DNA of 64,000 nucleotides from Octopus vulgaris. Its lineage: Eukaryota. The DNA lies in assembly GCA_951406725.2 (NCBI GenBank), contig OX597835.1:4774001-4838000 (forward strand), read 5' to 3'. Below the pieces are notes generated by a model, which was not told the DNA's origin, did not search any database, and saw only the letters and a program-made list of their open reading frames with translations. Below, piece after piece: positions 51,855-64,000 of the stretch (positions are counted from its first letter, which is position 1; each line of letters begins with the position of its first letter). The position numbers and the translations under genes are program-made.

Positions 51855-54717
51855 TTTCAACCATTTTGGGGTTTCCTGGTATCTGAGCTAGGTATCAGCC
51901 CTTTTTGCTATCGTTCTTAGGGCACCTATGACAACAGGTATTGTTTTAGTCTTGAGGTCCACATTTTTCCAGTTTCTTTTTAAGATCTTTATACTTGCTT
52001 AGTTTTTGGTAGCTCTTGACAGATAATTTTATATCGATTGGAACAGTCATATCAATGAGGTGGCATGATTTTTGTCTGAAGTCTTTCAATATAATGTCTG
52101 GCATATTTGCATCTACCTTTCTGACAATTTGAATGTTGAAGTTCCAGAGGAGTGAGATGTGATCATTTTCAAGCACTGGATGTGGTTTGTGTTCCCACCA
52201 GTTTTTATCATGGGGCAGGTCAAGGTTTTTGCAAATTACCCAATAAATATATTGTGCTGCTCAACCATGCCTGTTGAGATACTCTGTAGGCGCAAGAAGA
52301 CTGCACTTGGAGACAACATGATCAATGGTTTCATTTTGTTGTTGACATACACGACATGTTGGGTAGCTGCCGTTCTTTAATATGTTGGTCTGGTGGTTGG
52401 CATTGATCTTGGGCTGCTATGATAAACCATTCTGTCATTGATTTTAAGCCAGAAGACTCTAATCATTGATGTGTAAGAGCATTGTCAACTTCGGCGTTAT
52501 TAGCTCTCTTTGGGTATTTGTCATTGAGAGGTTTTTCTTGCCCTTTATCAGTAAGAATATCTAACGCAGCAGTTTTAGCTCGGGTTTTCATACGCTTAGT
52601 TTTTCTGTGCTTGTTTCCAGTACGTATAATTCTGGTATTTGTTGTATTTGGAATTCACTAAGATAATACTTTGCCTGTTTTTTTTTTATATTGAGTATAA
52701 TGTTTTCTTGTTTTCGTGCTTTAAGACAAGTTTTAACATCCTATCATCAGAATTTTTCAGGTAGGTGTTTAGGCCAATTGTGGAAATCTTCATTGTATAT
52801 ACAATCTTCATTGTATATAACAGATAGTTTATTGTCGTATTATAAACTTTGAACCCATACCTGGTGTTATTAATTCATTTGAGAGTGGGATCAGTGCCAT
52901 GGAAAAGAGTAAGGGGAAGAGGGAGTCACATTGAAAGATGCCGCGTTTGATGTTGAAGTTGTTAGATTGGCTCATCCCATTACTGTTGTTTAGGAGAGGT
53001 GTGTTCCATTTGGCCATGCTACCTTTTAAGAATCTGGAGACGACAGGAGAGATATTATTTATCTCAAGAGCCTTGAGTAGCCAATTATGTGGGACACTAT
53101 CAAACGTTTTCCTGTAGTGTAACCATGCCATACTCAGGTTCTGTTTCCTCCGGCAATTCTCTACAATAATTTTATTAAGGAGTAATTGATCTTTGCTCCC
53201 ATAAGAATTCCTTTTACAGCCTTTTTGAGCAGAAGGATAGATTTCTGTTCAAGGAAAGCGTAAATTGTTTCGGTTAGTATGCATGTGAGGATCTTGTCGG
53301 TGGTGCTGAGACATGTTATATCGGTAGTTCTTTAGATTTTTTGTCTTCAGTTTTTTGGTAGAAGGTATGTTGTTCCTTCAGTCAGCCAGGCAGGTATTTG
53401 TTTCGGGTTCTGGATGACATCAGTTAGAGATGCAGCCAGAAGTTGGGAATTCGGTCCAGTCCTGGGGTTTTCCATTTGTGAAACTTCCTAAGAACACATC
53501 TTAGCACTTCTACTTCTATTCCCTCCCATTTCTGCTTATCGGCTTCATTCAGTCTCACTTTCTCATGCTCTATCCAGTCAGCTTTAGCATTATATTCTTT
53601 TTTGTTGCTCCAACTCTTCCATTTCCTCAGTCTTAGGAGGCTCCTTTACTTCCATCTTACTTTTGCCAATTTCCCTATAAAATTTCTTTGCATCTACCTT
53701 GAATATCTTTTGTCGATAAAATTTGGTTCTTTTTCTCATACCTTTTAAGCCGTTGGGCTTTCAGCTGTATTCGCTGTCTCACTAGTTCCTTGGTTGCAGG
53801 GAGGTTTATAAAATCGTTGGTTTTATATTTTTGCTTGATTTTTCCAGCTTGTTTCGTCTTAACATTTACTCCTCTAGCAAGTTCATCGAGAACTGATACA
53901 TTCGCCCGCAGAGATTCGATCTTTTTGGTATTGGTACTTCCCATTTAGAAGATCTATTGACATGATTGGTTCTTTTCCGTGTCGTCCTGATACCTAATTA
54001 AACAGTTACAACTTTAGCAGTGGAATAGATGAGGCTACTTAAGGTTGTTAGGTCATTTCCTATATTTCTGAAGATCTGTCTAAGAAAAACAATATATTTC
54101 ATGATTATGCTGTTGTTATTCTATGCTGTTTGAGAACTTTGGTAGCGTTTCTCAATTGATCATGTCAGAAAACTCAGTCTTGCTGAGTTCTCTCATAATA
54201 TCTTCTTTTGATTCTTTGATCTCTTTATTATTCACCTCAACCTCAGTGCCATATCTATTCTGGTGTTCTTCAGGTAGGTCTACTTCTTCCTCTTTTTCTG
54301 CATATCTGTTCTTCGCTATTCTTTTTTCAGCTTCCTCGTTGGGATGCACTTGCTCGTCCACTGGGTTCTGTGCATCTGTTACCTATTTCATCTGCATTGT
54401 TGCTGATTTCATTTTGTCTACCATGTCTGCTAATTTGGCTTATTTCAGCATCAGTTAACCTTTTATCCTTAATGATGTCTCTACGTACATTACTTAATCT
54501 ATTTGCGTCTATATATCTGCGTACCTTCGTTGCCTACTAATTTTCTCCATGACAAATATATATTTGTGCAACGACATTATTGTTTGGGTTTAGCTGGGAT
54601 GTATAGAAAGCTTTCAACACATCTCTTTGCTCCTCTGTAGTCCACTTTATGCGTTTTGCTTTAGGCGGTGCTTTTGGTGGCATCACTACAGGTCTAGGGT
54701 TAGGGTATCTTTGGGCT
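51855..54717 (-). mobile_element. Long decayed R4/Dong-like non-LTR retrotransposon (RT + restriction-like endonuclease) between (TAA)n tracts
   Basis: AWLHYRKTFDSVPHNWL, KRGIFQCDSLFPLLF, LLWNFNIQ..ANMPDIILKD..LIDMTVPID..QKLSKYKDL, N-terminal LKAQRLKRYEK; (TTA)n at 51793-51852 and 54718-54781. Confidence 0.9.
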
Positions 54718-54729
54718 TATTATTATTAA

Positions 54730-54774
<45 letters not shown>

Positions 54775-54781
54775 GATTATT

Positions 54782-55017
54782 CTATGTTTGACTTTTGCTT
54801 TATATTTGTACAAGTTGGCTCCAAGTCTCACCCGGAGACCTCAAGAGACAACAGGGTTGGAAGTTCATGTTGTTGTTATGCCTAGTGTGCCATATATTTG
54901 GGGGGGTGTGGGTGTTGTACTAATGAATGTCTAAAAAATTTTTTTTTTTTTTTTTTTAAACCGAAAATTATGTTTGTTTTAAACCTTGAGATTACATAGA
55001 AAGTATTTTGCGTAGGA

Positions 55018-55019
<2 letters not shown>
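54782..55019 (-). mobile_element. 3' end of another R4/Dong-like family in (TTA)n
   Basis: Minus strand starts ILRKILSM* followed by a 3' UTR; (TTA)n on both sides. Confidence 0.65.
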
Positions 55020-55080
<61 letters not shown>

Positions 55081-55576
55081 CATTATTATTATTATTAAGA
55101 CGGTGAATTCGAAAAATCGTTTAAGAATCAGACAAAATGTCTTGCGATATCGTTACAGTTCTTTCCGTTCTGAGTTCGAATCATGTCAAGATTTGCTTTG
55201 CTTCTTATCCACCCCCAACTCGAAAGGGGAAGTCGATAAAATTAAATGCTGGTCAATTGCTACTGTCGATTTAATCGATGGGCCCCTTCGCTGATTCAAA
55301 CATCTTGGCTTCTGCTTGTTTTAGAAGCAATTGTTTTTGATGTCGTTGTTGTTGTTGCTTCATGTTGTGGCAAGATGTTCCTTTTGTGCGATCTCGCGAG
55401 ACTCAATGATTCGGATATTTTGCCGATCTCAAAGTGATTTTTTTTTTTTTTTGCATGGGATTTCCGAACAAGCAGATTCTTTTTGCTAATATTTGTAGAG
55501 GCGTTATGTTCTTTATTGTGTTTCTTATTCAGAGAATTTAAGCAATGACAGAGCAACAGCTATCTGAAACGCCCAC

Positions 55577-55595
55577 CATAATAATAATAATGATA

Positions 55596-55663
<68 letters not shown>

Positions 55664-55741
55664 CATAATAATAATAATCATAATAATAATAAAAATAATA
55701 ATAATCATAATAATAATAAAAATAATAATAATAATAATGAC

Positions 55742-55801
<60 letters not shown>

Positions 55802-55852
55802 CATAATAATAATAATCATAATAATAATAAAAATAATAATAATAATAATGAC

Positions 55853-55884
<32 letters not shown>

Positions 55885-55945
55885 TAATAATAATAATAAT
55901 AATAATAATGATAATAATAATAATAATAATAATGATGATGATGAA
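55577..55945. repeat. (TAA)n microsatellite, ~370 bp, with duplicated variant blocks
   Basis: Direct reading. Confidence 0.99.
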
Positions 55946-56596
55946 GCATACTTTTACCAAACAGAAAAGAAAATTGACGTTTTCAAATGGATAAGCACGT
56001 ACAGTTTAAGAAAAGAAAAAAGAAAATGATACGATATTTTTATGGCCATTATTAATACTGTCATTCTACGTGGTCGACATTGTTGACAGTAATAGCAACA
56101 AAACAACAACAACAATACAAACACATAAATTCTTCTCTTATCAAAAGTTTAGCAAGCAAGAAGTCATTGATATTACAGGCAGCGTGATTTTCACTTGCAT
56201 GACAAGGAGAATGTAGGCTCTGCTTATAAGGAACTTGCTTAAATTAGGGCTATTTGGCACGATTACGTCATATTAAAAAGTTTGCTCAACTAAACAATTT
56301 GTACAACAACTGTCGTAGAATACTCATTTGATGTATCTAAAAAAAAAAACTAGTCGAGGCTTTCAGTTGCCCCCAAAAGAGCAGCCAGGAAGAGCATTTC
56401 ACGACGTTATAAGTCGATGTTCTCTCGGTTTGGTGCGATGGCATTTATTGAACTGTCTGCATTGCTTTTGTAGAGGGTGAGTGAAGAATACATCCCCAAG
56501 CTGGTCAAAATTGTAAGACACACATCCGTGCATACATTTGTGCGCTAGTTTTTGAAAAACGATAGTAACTCCTGTTTTATCACTTTTGTATTACAG

Positions 56597-56910
56597 TTGA
56601 GGCGCAATGGCCCAGTGGTTAGGGCAGCGGACTCGCGGTTGGAGGATCGCGCTTTCGATTCCCAGACCGGGCGTTGTGTGTGCTTATTGAGCGAAAACAC
56701 CTAAAGCTCCACGAGGATCCGGCAAGGGGATGGAGGTGGCGACCCCTGTTATACTCTTTCGCCACAACTTTCTCTCATTCTTTCTTCCTGTTTCTTGAGT
56801 AACGGTGCGATGGACTGGTGTCCCTTCCAGCTGAGGGGAATACATACACCATAGAAACCGCGAAACCGGGCCCACGAGCCTGGTTTGGCTTGAAAAGGGC
56901 GCATAAATTA
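56597..56910 (+). mobile_element. SINE, head B + tail E
   Basis: Head B joined to the tail seen at 40285-40400. Confidence 0.85.
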
Positions 56911-57379
56911 AAAAAATTACAGTATAGTGATGTGATTAACGTGGTAATATGCGCAGGAGGAGGCAGAATGGACCAGTAAGTCCGAATGACTTCCAGGATC
57001 CATAATGTCATACTGGAGCTGCATTGCGTTACAGCTGCAGAAACAAAAGGCATGAGACTTGTGTAGTAGGATAAAAAGCCTAATTGCTACATATGTGAAA
57101 ACGAAGAATCACTTGAGGGGTTTTTCTTTTATATATGAAGAACTGGAAAAGACAGAAAGAAAACAAGATGGTGCAAAACAGCAGAATTAGCAACGACAGC
57201 AGTAGATCCCACTTTCCAGAATACAATAATTCGCCTCTGGAAACATGGGTGTTTCGTTCAACATCCCTAAACAACCCTCAATTAGGGACCGTTTGAGCAG
57301 GATGGGCTACTCAACCTGAAAAACATTCTGACTGGGCCCCTCCTGCAAAGTCATGCGCTGCTTATCTTGATATAAGGTC

Positions 57380-58160
57380 TCCTGGTTAGCAGGTTTAAAA
57401 GAAGATGAAGTTACAATATTGGAAGTCAAGAAAATACCTAAGCAAAATTTGTCAGGTGTAGGTATGGAACTGACCTTACAATGTAAGCAGGACCATATCG
57501 ACCTGCTACCCGATTTAATTTATCTCCTGGATGGTATTCAACAGTCAGTGCTTGCGGAGGGTAGAAAGCCAAGATGTCACACACGTGGATCTGTAATTCA
57601 CTTAAAGGCTTTCTGCCCTGAAACGAGAAAAGCTAAACTCCCACTGCTGCCAACACTACAAACACCACAAACACAAAATCATGTAATTTGATGTTTCAAA
57701 AGTAATTTGATAATAAAAGTGCTCAAGACTCCTACACACACACACACACGCGCATACATCCACTTCCAAACCAAGACAAAGAAGGCGTCTAACCCCGCTG
57801 GTCACGGTAAAGCAAGTTTCTCTCCTACCTCCCAAACCAACATCAAATGCAATGACATGGAGAAAGAAGAGCTGAACGATCAATTGATCACAGTGACAAA
57901 AGGTGGGGAGGAGAAAGGGAAGGAGAGTACAAGGCCCTGCTCCAAGAAATGAACAGAAGGATATACTGAAACCACAACTGAAACACAATTCACAACCACT
58001 CCAACAAGAACACGAACAACAACTTCAAAAGCAGCAACATTGTCAACAACAGCATGAAATCATAGAAACACATAAAATACCAATTACCAAAAAAAAAACA
58101 ACATATTCATTTGACTGTAGACGAAATGTATCCGTCAATTTCACTGTTGTGAAGTAGGGC
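57380..58160 (+). mobile_element. L1/Tx1-like ORF1 fragment with zinc knuckle
   Basis: LAGLKEDEVTILEVKKIPKQN...EGRKPRCHTRGSVIHLKAFCP (degenerate CCHC); overlaps in sequence with 61540-61640. Confidence 0.6.
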
Positions 58161-58385
58161 AACAGTGAATTGGTGGATTTTCTAAGTCAAAACAAAAACA
58201 AAATAGAGAGAGAAGGAAAGGAATTTGATGTTTGAAAAGTAATTTGATACTAAAAATAATTTGATATGTTTTAAAAGTAATTTGATGATAGTGTGATCGT
58301 ATGACGACAGTGAAAAGTGTTTGCTATTATGTTAATTTAGAAGTAGTTTTGATAGTGTTTACATATTTAAAATGTTTTTGGAATT

Positions 58386-58600
58386 ACTTAAACAATATTT
58401 TTCTTAGGATATGGGCAGTTCCCATGAGCATTATTTTGGGGATTTCTTCCATTTCTGGATTCCCGAAAATTTTTTGGATTATCTCTAAACATGCTGTTCC
58501 CTATGAAGATCCTAGCGCATTTTTCATACCATGCCATGGCAGTAGCTTTAGCAAATACCCTTTGCTTAATAGTTTCTGTAATGCCAAGCATAGATTTCCT
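58386..58600 (-). mobile_element. R4/Dong-like C-terminal fragment
   Basis: An alternative frame reads KIMLMGTAHILRKIL. Confidence 0.6.
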
Positions 58601-58646
58601 ATTATACTTTTTCTTAAATTTTCATATATTTGTTGCTTTGAAATTC

Positions 58647-59222
58647 TTGGCAGAAGCGTTAGCACACTGGGCTAAATGCTTATCGGTATTTCGTCTGCCG
58701 TTACGTTTAGAGTTCAAATTCTGCCAAGGTCAACTTTGCCTTTTATCCTTTCGGGGTCGATTAAATAAGTATCAGTTACACACTGGGGATCGATGTAATC
58801 GACTTAATCCGTTTGTCTGTCCTTGTTTGTCCTCTCTGTGTTTAGCCCCTTGTGGGTCGTAAAGAAATAGGTATTTCGTCTGTCGCTAATGTTTTGAGTT
58901 CAAATACCGCCGAGGTCAACTTTGCCTTTTATCCTTTCGGGGTCGATTAAATAAGTACCAGTTACGCACTGGGGGGTCGATGTAAATTACTTAATTTGAC
59001 AGACTGTCCTTGTTTATCCCCTCTGTGTTTAGCCCCTTGTGGGTAGTAAAGAAATAGGTATTTCATCTGTCTTTACGTTCTGAGTTCAAATTCCGCCGAG
59101 GTCGACTTTGCCTTTCATCTTTTCGGGGGTCGATAAATTATGTACCAGTTGCGTACTAGAGTTGATCTAATCGACTAGCCCCCTCCCCCAAAATTTCGGG
59201 CCTTGTGCCTAGAGTAGAAAAC
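58647..59222 (+). repeat. Head-to-tail array of SINE family D (3 units)
   Basis: GTAAAGAAATAGGTATTTC junctions at about 58860 and 59046. Confidence 0.88.
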
Positions 59223-60195
59223 ATCATTATTATTTAAGGCAACGAGTTGGCAGAATCCTTAGCACGCTAGACGAAATGCTTAGCGGTATTAGTTAATTTT
59301 GAGCGCAACACCAACCTCAGTCTTCGGAAATACTCCATCCTCAGTTGCTCTTTCACTTCCTTTTCTATTATCTCGTTGAACTCTAGTACACGAAGGTATT
59401 TGTATCCTTCCGTTTCAGTTTGATTAATCAAATCTCTATTCGGTAATTCGGTAATTATTATTATTATTATTATTATTATTTTAAGACGTCGGGCAAAATG
59501 CTTAGCGGCATTTCATCTGTCTACATGTTCTGAGTTCAAATTCTGCCGAAGTCCACTTTGTCTTTCGTCCTTTCTGGATCAATAAAATAAATACCTGTTG
59601 AGCACTGTGGTTGATGTAATTTACTTGCACCATAACTCGAAATTGCTAGCCTTGTGTCAAAAGTTGAAATCATTATCATCATCATCATCATCATCATCAT
59701 CATTATTCTTATTCTTATTCTTATCATTATTATTATTATTATGGCCGCCGTGCTGTAAAGTCGAGGAAATTTGGAGCTCCGTATGTTGGAAAAGTGCTTG
59801 TAATCTTTTCAGCCTTCTAAGGCCCCGTGTGTTCATTTTATTGTTACCATTGCAATTCTGAGATTGTCTGGACGGCGCAAATACTATTTCTGTGTAGAAA
59901 CAATCCTGTCTTGCAAGGGGTGCGCATTAATAATTTTTAAATTTTAAAAATTTGCGGCCAAAGCAGATATTTTGCAATTTTCTTTAATTATTTAAATATG
60001 GCTGATAAGGAATCCATCATAATGTTCGACAAAGGAACGCGTTCAAAGTCGGAAAACTGAGAAGGAGGGAAAAGATCAGAACATCGATATCGAATGGCCT
60101 AAACTTGATGACGTCACCGAGACGAATAATGTTTCGTCTCAAAGCAACGTCTAAGCTTTCGATGTCGAGAAGGAGGACAACAGCAGCAACAGCAT

Positions 60196-60570
60196 TGGAG
60201 GCGCAATGGCCCAGTGGTTAGGGCAGCGGACTCGCGGTCGGAGGATCGCGGTTTCGATTTCCTGACCAGGCGTTGTGTGTGTTTATTGAGCGAAAACACC
60301 TGAAGCTCCACAAGTCTCCGACAGGGGGTGGGTGGTGGCGACCCCTGTTGTACTCTTTCGCTCCAACTTTCTCTCACTCTTTCTTCCTGTTTCTTGTCCC
60401 CGACTTCCTACGCAACCGCTGAGCCTGGATGCACATTCATCCATCCGTTGATGCTCTCGGTGCCGGGGGGGGGGGGTTGACCTGCTGCCTCTTCTGCGGG
60501 TCTTACGAATAGCAAAGGACCACGTTTCGGACTTCTCCCACTCTGGGACGAAGACCGCTTCGCTCAACAA
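60196..60570 (+). mobile_element. SINE, head B + tail G
   Basis: Homologous to 42234-42590; (CAAA)n tail. Confidence 0.88.
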
Positions 60571-60659
60571 ACAAACAAACATACAAACAAACAAACAAAC
60601 AAACAAGCAACAACAGCAGCAGTGACAAACAATAACAACAACAACAATAACAGTGGAAG

Positions 60660-61044
60660 TGGAAGCACTCCGTCGGTTACGACGACGAGGGTTCCGGTTG
60701 ATCCGATTAACGGAACAGCCTGCTCGTGAAATTAACGTGTAAGTGGCTGAGCACTCCACAGACACGTGTACCCTTAACGTAGTTCTCGAGAAGATTCAGT
60801 GTGACACAGAGAGTGACAAGGCCGGCCCTTTGAAATACAGGTACAACAGAAACAGGAAGTAAGAGCGAGAGAAAGTTGTGGTGAAAGAGTACAGCAGGGA
60901 TCACCACCATCCCCTGCCGGAGCCTCGTGGAGCTTTAAGGTGTTTTCGCTCAATAAACACTCACAACGCCCGGTCTGGGAATCGAAATCGCGATCCTACG
61001 ACCGCGAGTCCGCTGCCCTAACCACTGGGCCATTGCGCCTCCAC
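60660..61044 (-). mobile_element. SINE family B
   Basis: Reverse complement of 40824-41209. Confidence 0.93.
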
Positions 61045-61069
61045 ACAACAACAACAACAACGACGACGA

Positions 61070-61640
61070 CAAAAGGAATGAAATGAAACATAAAATCGCA
61101 GAAATCTCCTCCGCTTCATTTGCGTTTGTGGGGGAGAAATGTGGAAAGTTTCTACATGGATGAAGAAGAATTAAAATTGACAAGAAAACTGTAAAAAAAA
61201 GATATGGGAGAAGAGAAGCTCTTAACCCTCCATCCGACATGATAGAAGATATCGCAAGATACACTGTAACATGCCATTGCATTGGAGTCTTCTCGACGCG
61301 TGGAAAATGCTCCTGAGAGCGAATTGCAAAAATGCCTCGGGCGCGTTTGGGAACCAATGACCCACATCACCCGAGGAAAGAAATTTGGAACTATTAAGGT
61401 GAGATTTGGAACGGAAGAAGAAAGCTAGATGTAATTCCGTGACCACTATGTGGAATGACAACTTTTTCTTAATCCCCAGCTATCGCGGCCAACGTCTTGC
61501 CAAGATTAGGGTTCCGAATGTGCCGCCAGAAATATCTATTACCTGGTTAGTGACAGCCGCATTAGCAGGTTTAAAAGATGTTGAGGTCACAATATTGGAG
61601 GTCAAGAAACTACCAAAGCAAATTTGGTTAGGTATAGGTT
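61070..61640 (+). mobile_element. L1/Tx1-like ORF1 fragment, upstream part
   Basis: FLIPSYRGQRLAKIRVPNVPPEISITWLVTAALAGLKDVEVTILEVKKLPKQ, homologous to the start of 57380-57460. Confidence 0.6.
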
Positions 61641-62272
61641 CAACTCGTAGCATCAATCGTTTTCAGTTGTGTGGTAGCCGTTGGTACCCTATCTAGCACC
61701 TAACTTCTCGCTAGGACCTAACGGCAGGTTCCCTCTAGTCCATGTATCTAATAAACGTCCGTCCCCGATAACCGCCGCACAGCCAACGAGGACAACGCTA
61801 GTCCTGATTCTGCTCACGTGACTTTCCTCGCTCTTGATCTTCCAGTAAGAACCCTTAGCCGTTGACGTCACCGACCCCATACTTCCGGTTTACTTCATTC
61901 CCAACCATTAAATTCTGAGTTCAAATCCCACTGAACTCAACTTTGCCTTTCGTTACTCTGACGATGATATTATAACGCACCAGTCATCTATGGGCCTCAA
62001 TAATATCGATTACCCCCTCTCCTCAAAATAACGCACCGAGTCTCTATTTGCTGTCCGGCAATATTTATTCAGACGCATTTTGTGATGTCAGGCGCGAAAA
62101 TTCCTTAAGCTAAGCCTGAAAGCAATGAAGTCATAAAAGAATCATCCATAACTTGCAATAAGCAACATTTATTAAACTTTATTACTGTTATTTCTTTATC
62201 TTCTGCAAACAAAATGCACAAAAAAGCTACACGTTTGCATTATGTTATATATACAATAATAATAAAGGACGT

Positions 62273-62439
62273 TACCGTATACAATTTTACAAACCAAGGA
62301 CGTTATATAGACCTCCTTGACTCAAGTTAGAGAAGGGGTGCGTATTATACACAAGGTTTAGGTTTTTCAGAGGTACAGCCCCCTAAAAATCCCCTGCGCG
62401 TTATACTCAAGGGCGGACTATACTCGAGGATTTACGGTA
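62273..62439. mobile_element. pogo/Tigger-like non-autonomous element end
   Basis: Ends ...GGGCGGACTATACTCGAGGATTTACGGTA with internal TATAC sub-repeats. Confidence 0.5.
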
Positions 62440-62977
62440 CTTTCTAATTCAGAGTAGTACTGTTTCTTATTCAATTCAATACATGATGTAAATCGTGCTT
62501 ATTGAATTAAATCAACCATATAAGAAATGTGTGAAAAGACGGATTAGTGAGTGAGAGAGATAGTATTCCAAACTCACTTGTGTAATCTACCCAGTTTAAT
62601 GTCCTGCTTGATCAACTCGGTTTACTATCGCTTGGCAATTATCTTCCAGTCAAACCGCACCCAATCAACGTTTGAGAAACGCCTGTTGGTTAGGTGTTAT
62701 TCCGGGTCGAACTATAAAAGAAACAGTCAGGTGTATTTTCTGTTCAGATGAAATAGGTGTACAGCGAGACGATGACGCTGGCCACGCTACCGTGGTCTTG
62801 TTTTATACTCTGGCTGCTGCTTGTGTCCTCTCAAGGTATTTGCAAACCCTTTGTTTTATTTTTTATGTTATTTTCACAATTTTTCTTTTCTTTTTCGTAT
62901 ATTTGTATTACGATTTCTATAATGAATGTATACTTTAAGGCATTTATAACATGCCGTGAGTAAATGTGTGCATAAAA

Positions 62978-63044
62978 TGTATGTATGTATGTATGTATGT
63001 ATGCATGTATGTATACACATATATGTATGTATGTATGTATACAC

Positions 63045-63077
<33 letters not shown>

Positions 63078-63082
63078 TACAC

Positions 63083-63115
<33 letters not shown>

Positions 63116-63520
63116 TGTATGTTTGCATATGTGTATGCATATATGTGTGTGTATGTATGTATGTATGTATGTATGTATGTATACACATGTATGTATGCAT
63201 GTATGTATGTATGTATGTATGTTTGCATATGTGTATGTACATATGTGTATGTATGTATACACATGTATGTATGTATGTATGTATGTACGTATGTATATAT
63301 GTATGTTTGTATATATGTATGTATATATGCATGTACGTATACATATGCATGTATGTATGTATACACATGCATGTATGTATTTATGTATGTATACACATGT
63401 ATGTATGTATGTATGTATGTATGTATGTATGTATGTATGTATGTATGTATATATGTATGTTTGCATCTATGTATGTATATATGTGTGTGTGTATGTATGT
63501 ATGTATGTATGTATGTATGT
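62978..63520. repeat. (ATGT)n compound microsatellite, ~540 bp
   Basis: Direct reading. Confidence 0.98.
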
Positions 63521-63982
63521 CATCACTAACTAGGCAGACGTATGACCAAAGGCATTACCACTTCGATCATTTCTTTATTTCTTCGGGACTTCGAAGGGTT
63601 TCATTTTTCTCTTGTGGTATTTCCTTTAAAACGGCAGGATTCGATTTGAAGAGATTTCGTTTGTATTTCTAGCAATCCAAGCAACCACCTAGAAGCACCA
63701 AAGTTAATTTGTTCATTTAGGCGAAATGTTATGCATCGAAGTAAACGTGTGTGTGTGTGTGTGTGTGTGTGAGCGTGTGCGTGCGTGGGTGTGCGCTATG
63801 TGCTTGCGTGTGTGAGTCTATTATATGCATATATATATATATATACATGAATGCGTCTATTGTATATACGCATGAATGCACTGAAACATATTATGCTTCT
63901 GTGAACCTAAATATTTTGACTTGTAAAACGTTGATGCATCTGGCTGAATAGACCTCTGCATACCAGACGCTATACACGCAAC

Positions 63983-64000
63983 GTGGAGGCGCAATGGCCC
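63983..64000 (+). mobile_element. Start of a head-B SINE, cut by the window edge
   Basis: GTGGAGGCGCAATGGCCC, identical to other head-B starts. Confidence 0.8.

Noticed and set aside
55538-55994. Poly-Ile and poly-Tyr ORFs resembling membrane proteins
   Set aside because: (TAA)n microsatellite.
60102-60137. Hammerhead-like TTGATGAC-GTC..GAC-GAAT
   Set aside because: Both core boxes deviate and stem III is missing; similarly decayed candidates at 8065-8095(-) and 10840-10885(-) were not counted.

Overview
AT-rich, repeat-saturated eukaryotic DNA with no recognisable host gene exon; it reads as intergenic or large-intron sequence. The SINE families and microsatellite load look like an octopus (coleoid cephalopod) genome, which is an inference from pattern recognition only. 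Contents: (1) one 5'-truncated Penelope-like element (PLE) with an uninterrupted 521-codon RT + GIY-YIG ORF (16508-18073, minus); (2) decayed RTE, L1/Tx1, CRE-like and R4/Dong-like non-LTR retrotransposons; (3) a full-length Tc1 and a full-length mariner with TIRs, TA target sites and broken transposases; (4) Helitron pieces; (5) more than 30 tRNA-derived SINE copies built from interchangeable head and tail modules; (6) very long microsatellites, which explain most ORFs in the track. The most interesting layer is absent from the ORF track: about a dozen minimal type-I hammerhead-ribozyme-like motifs from about 8 unrelated sequence contexts, several long fold-back hairpins embedded in (TA)n, and a candidate Pol III SINE joining a tRNA head to a hammerhead-bearing tail (14322-14880). 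Coordinates were read by eye and may be off by a few bases.
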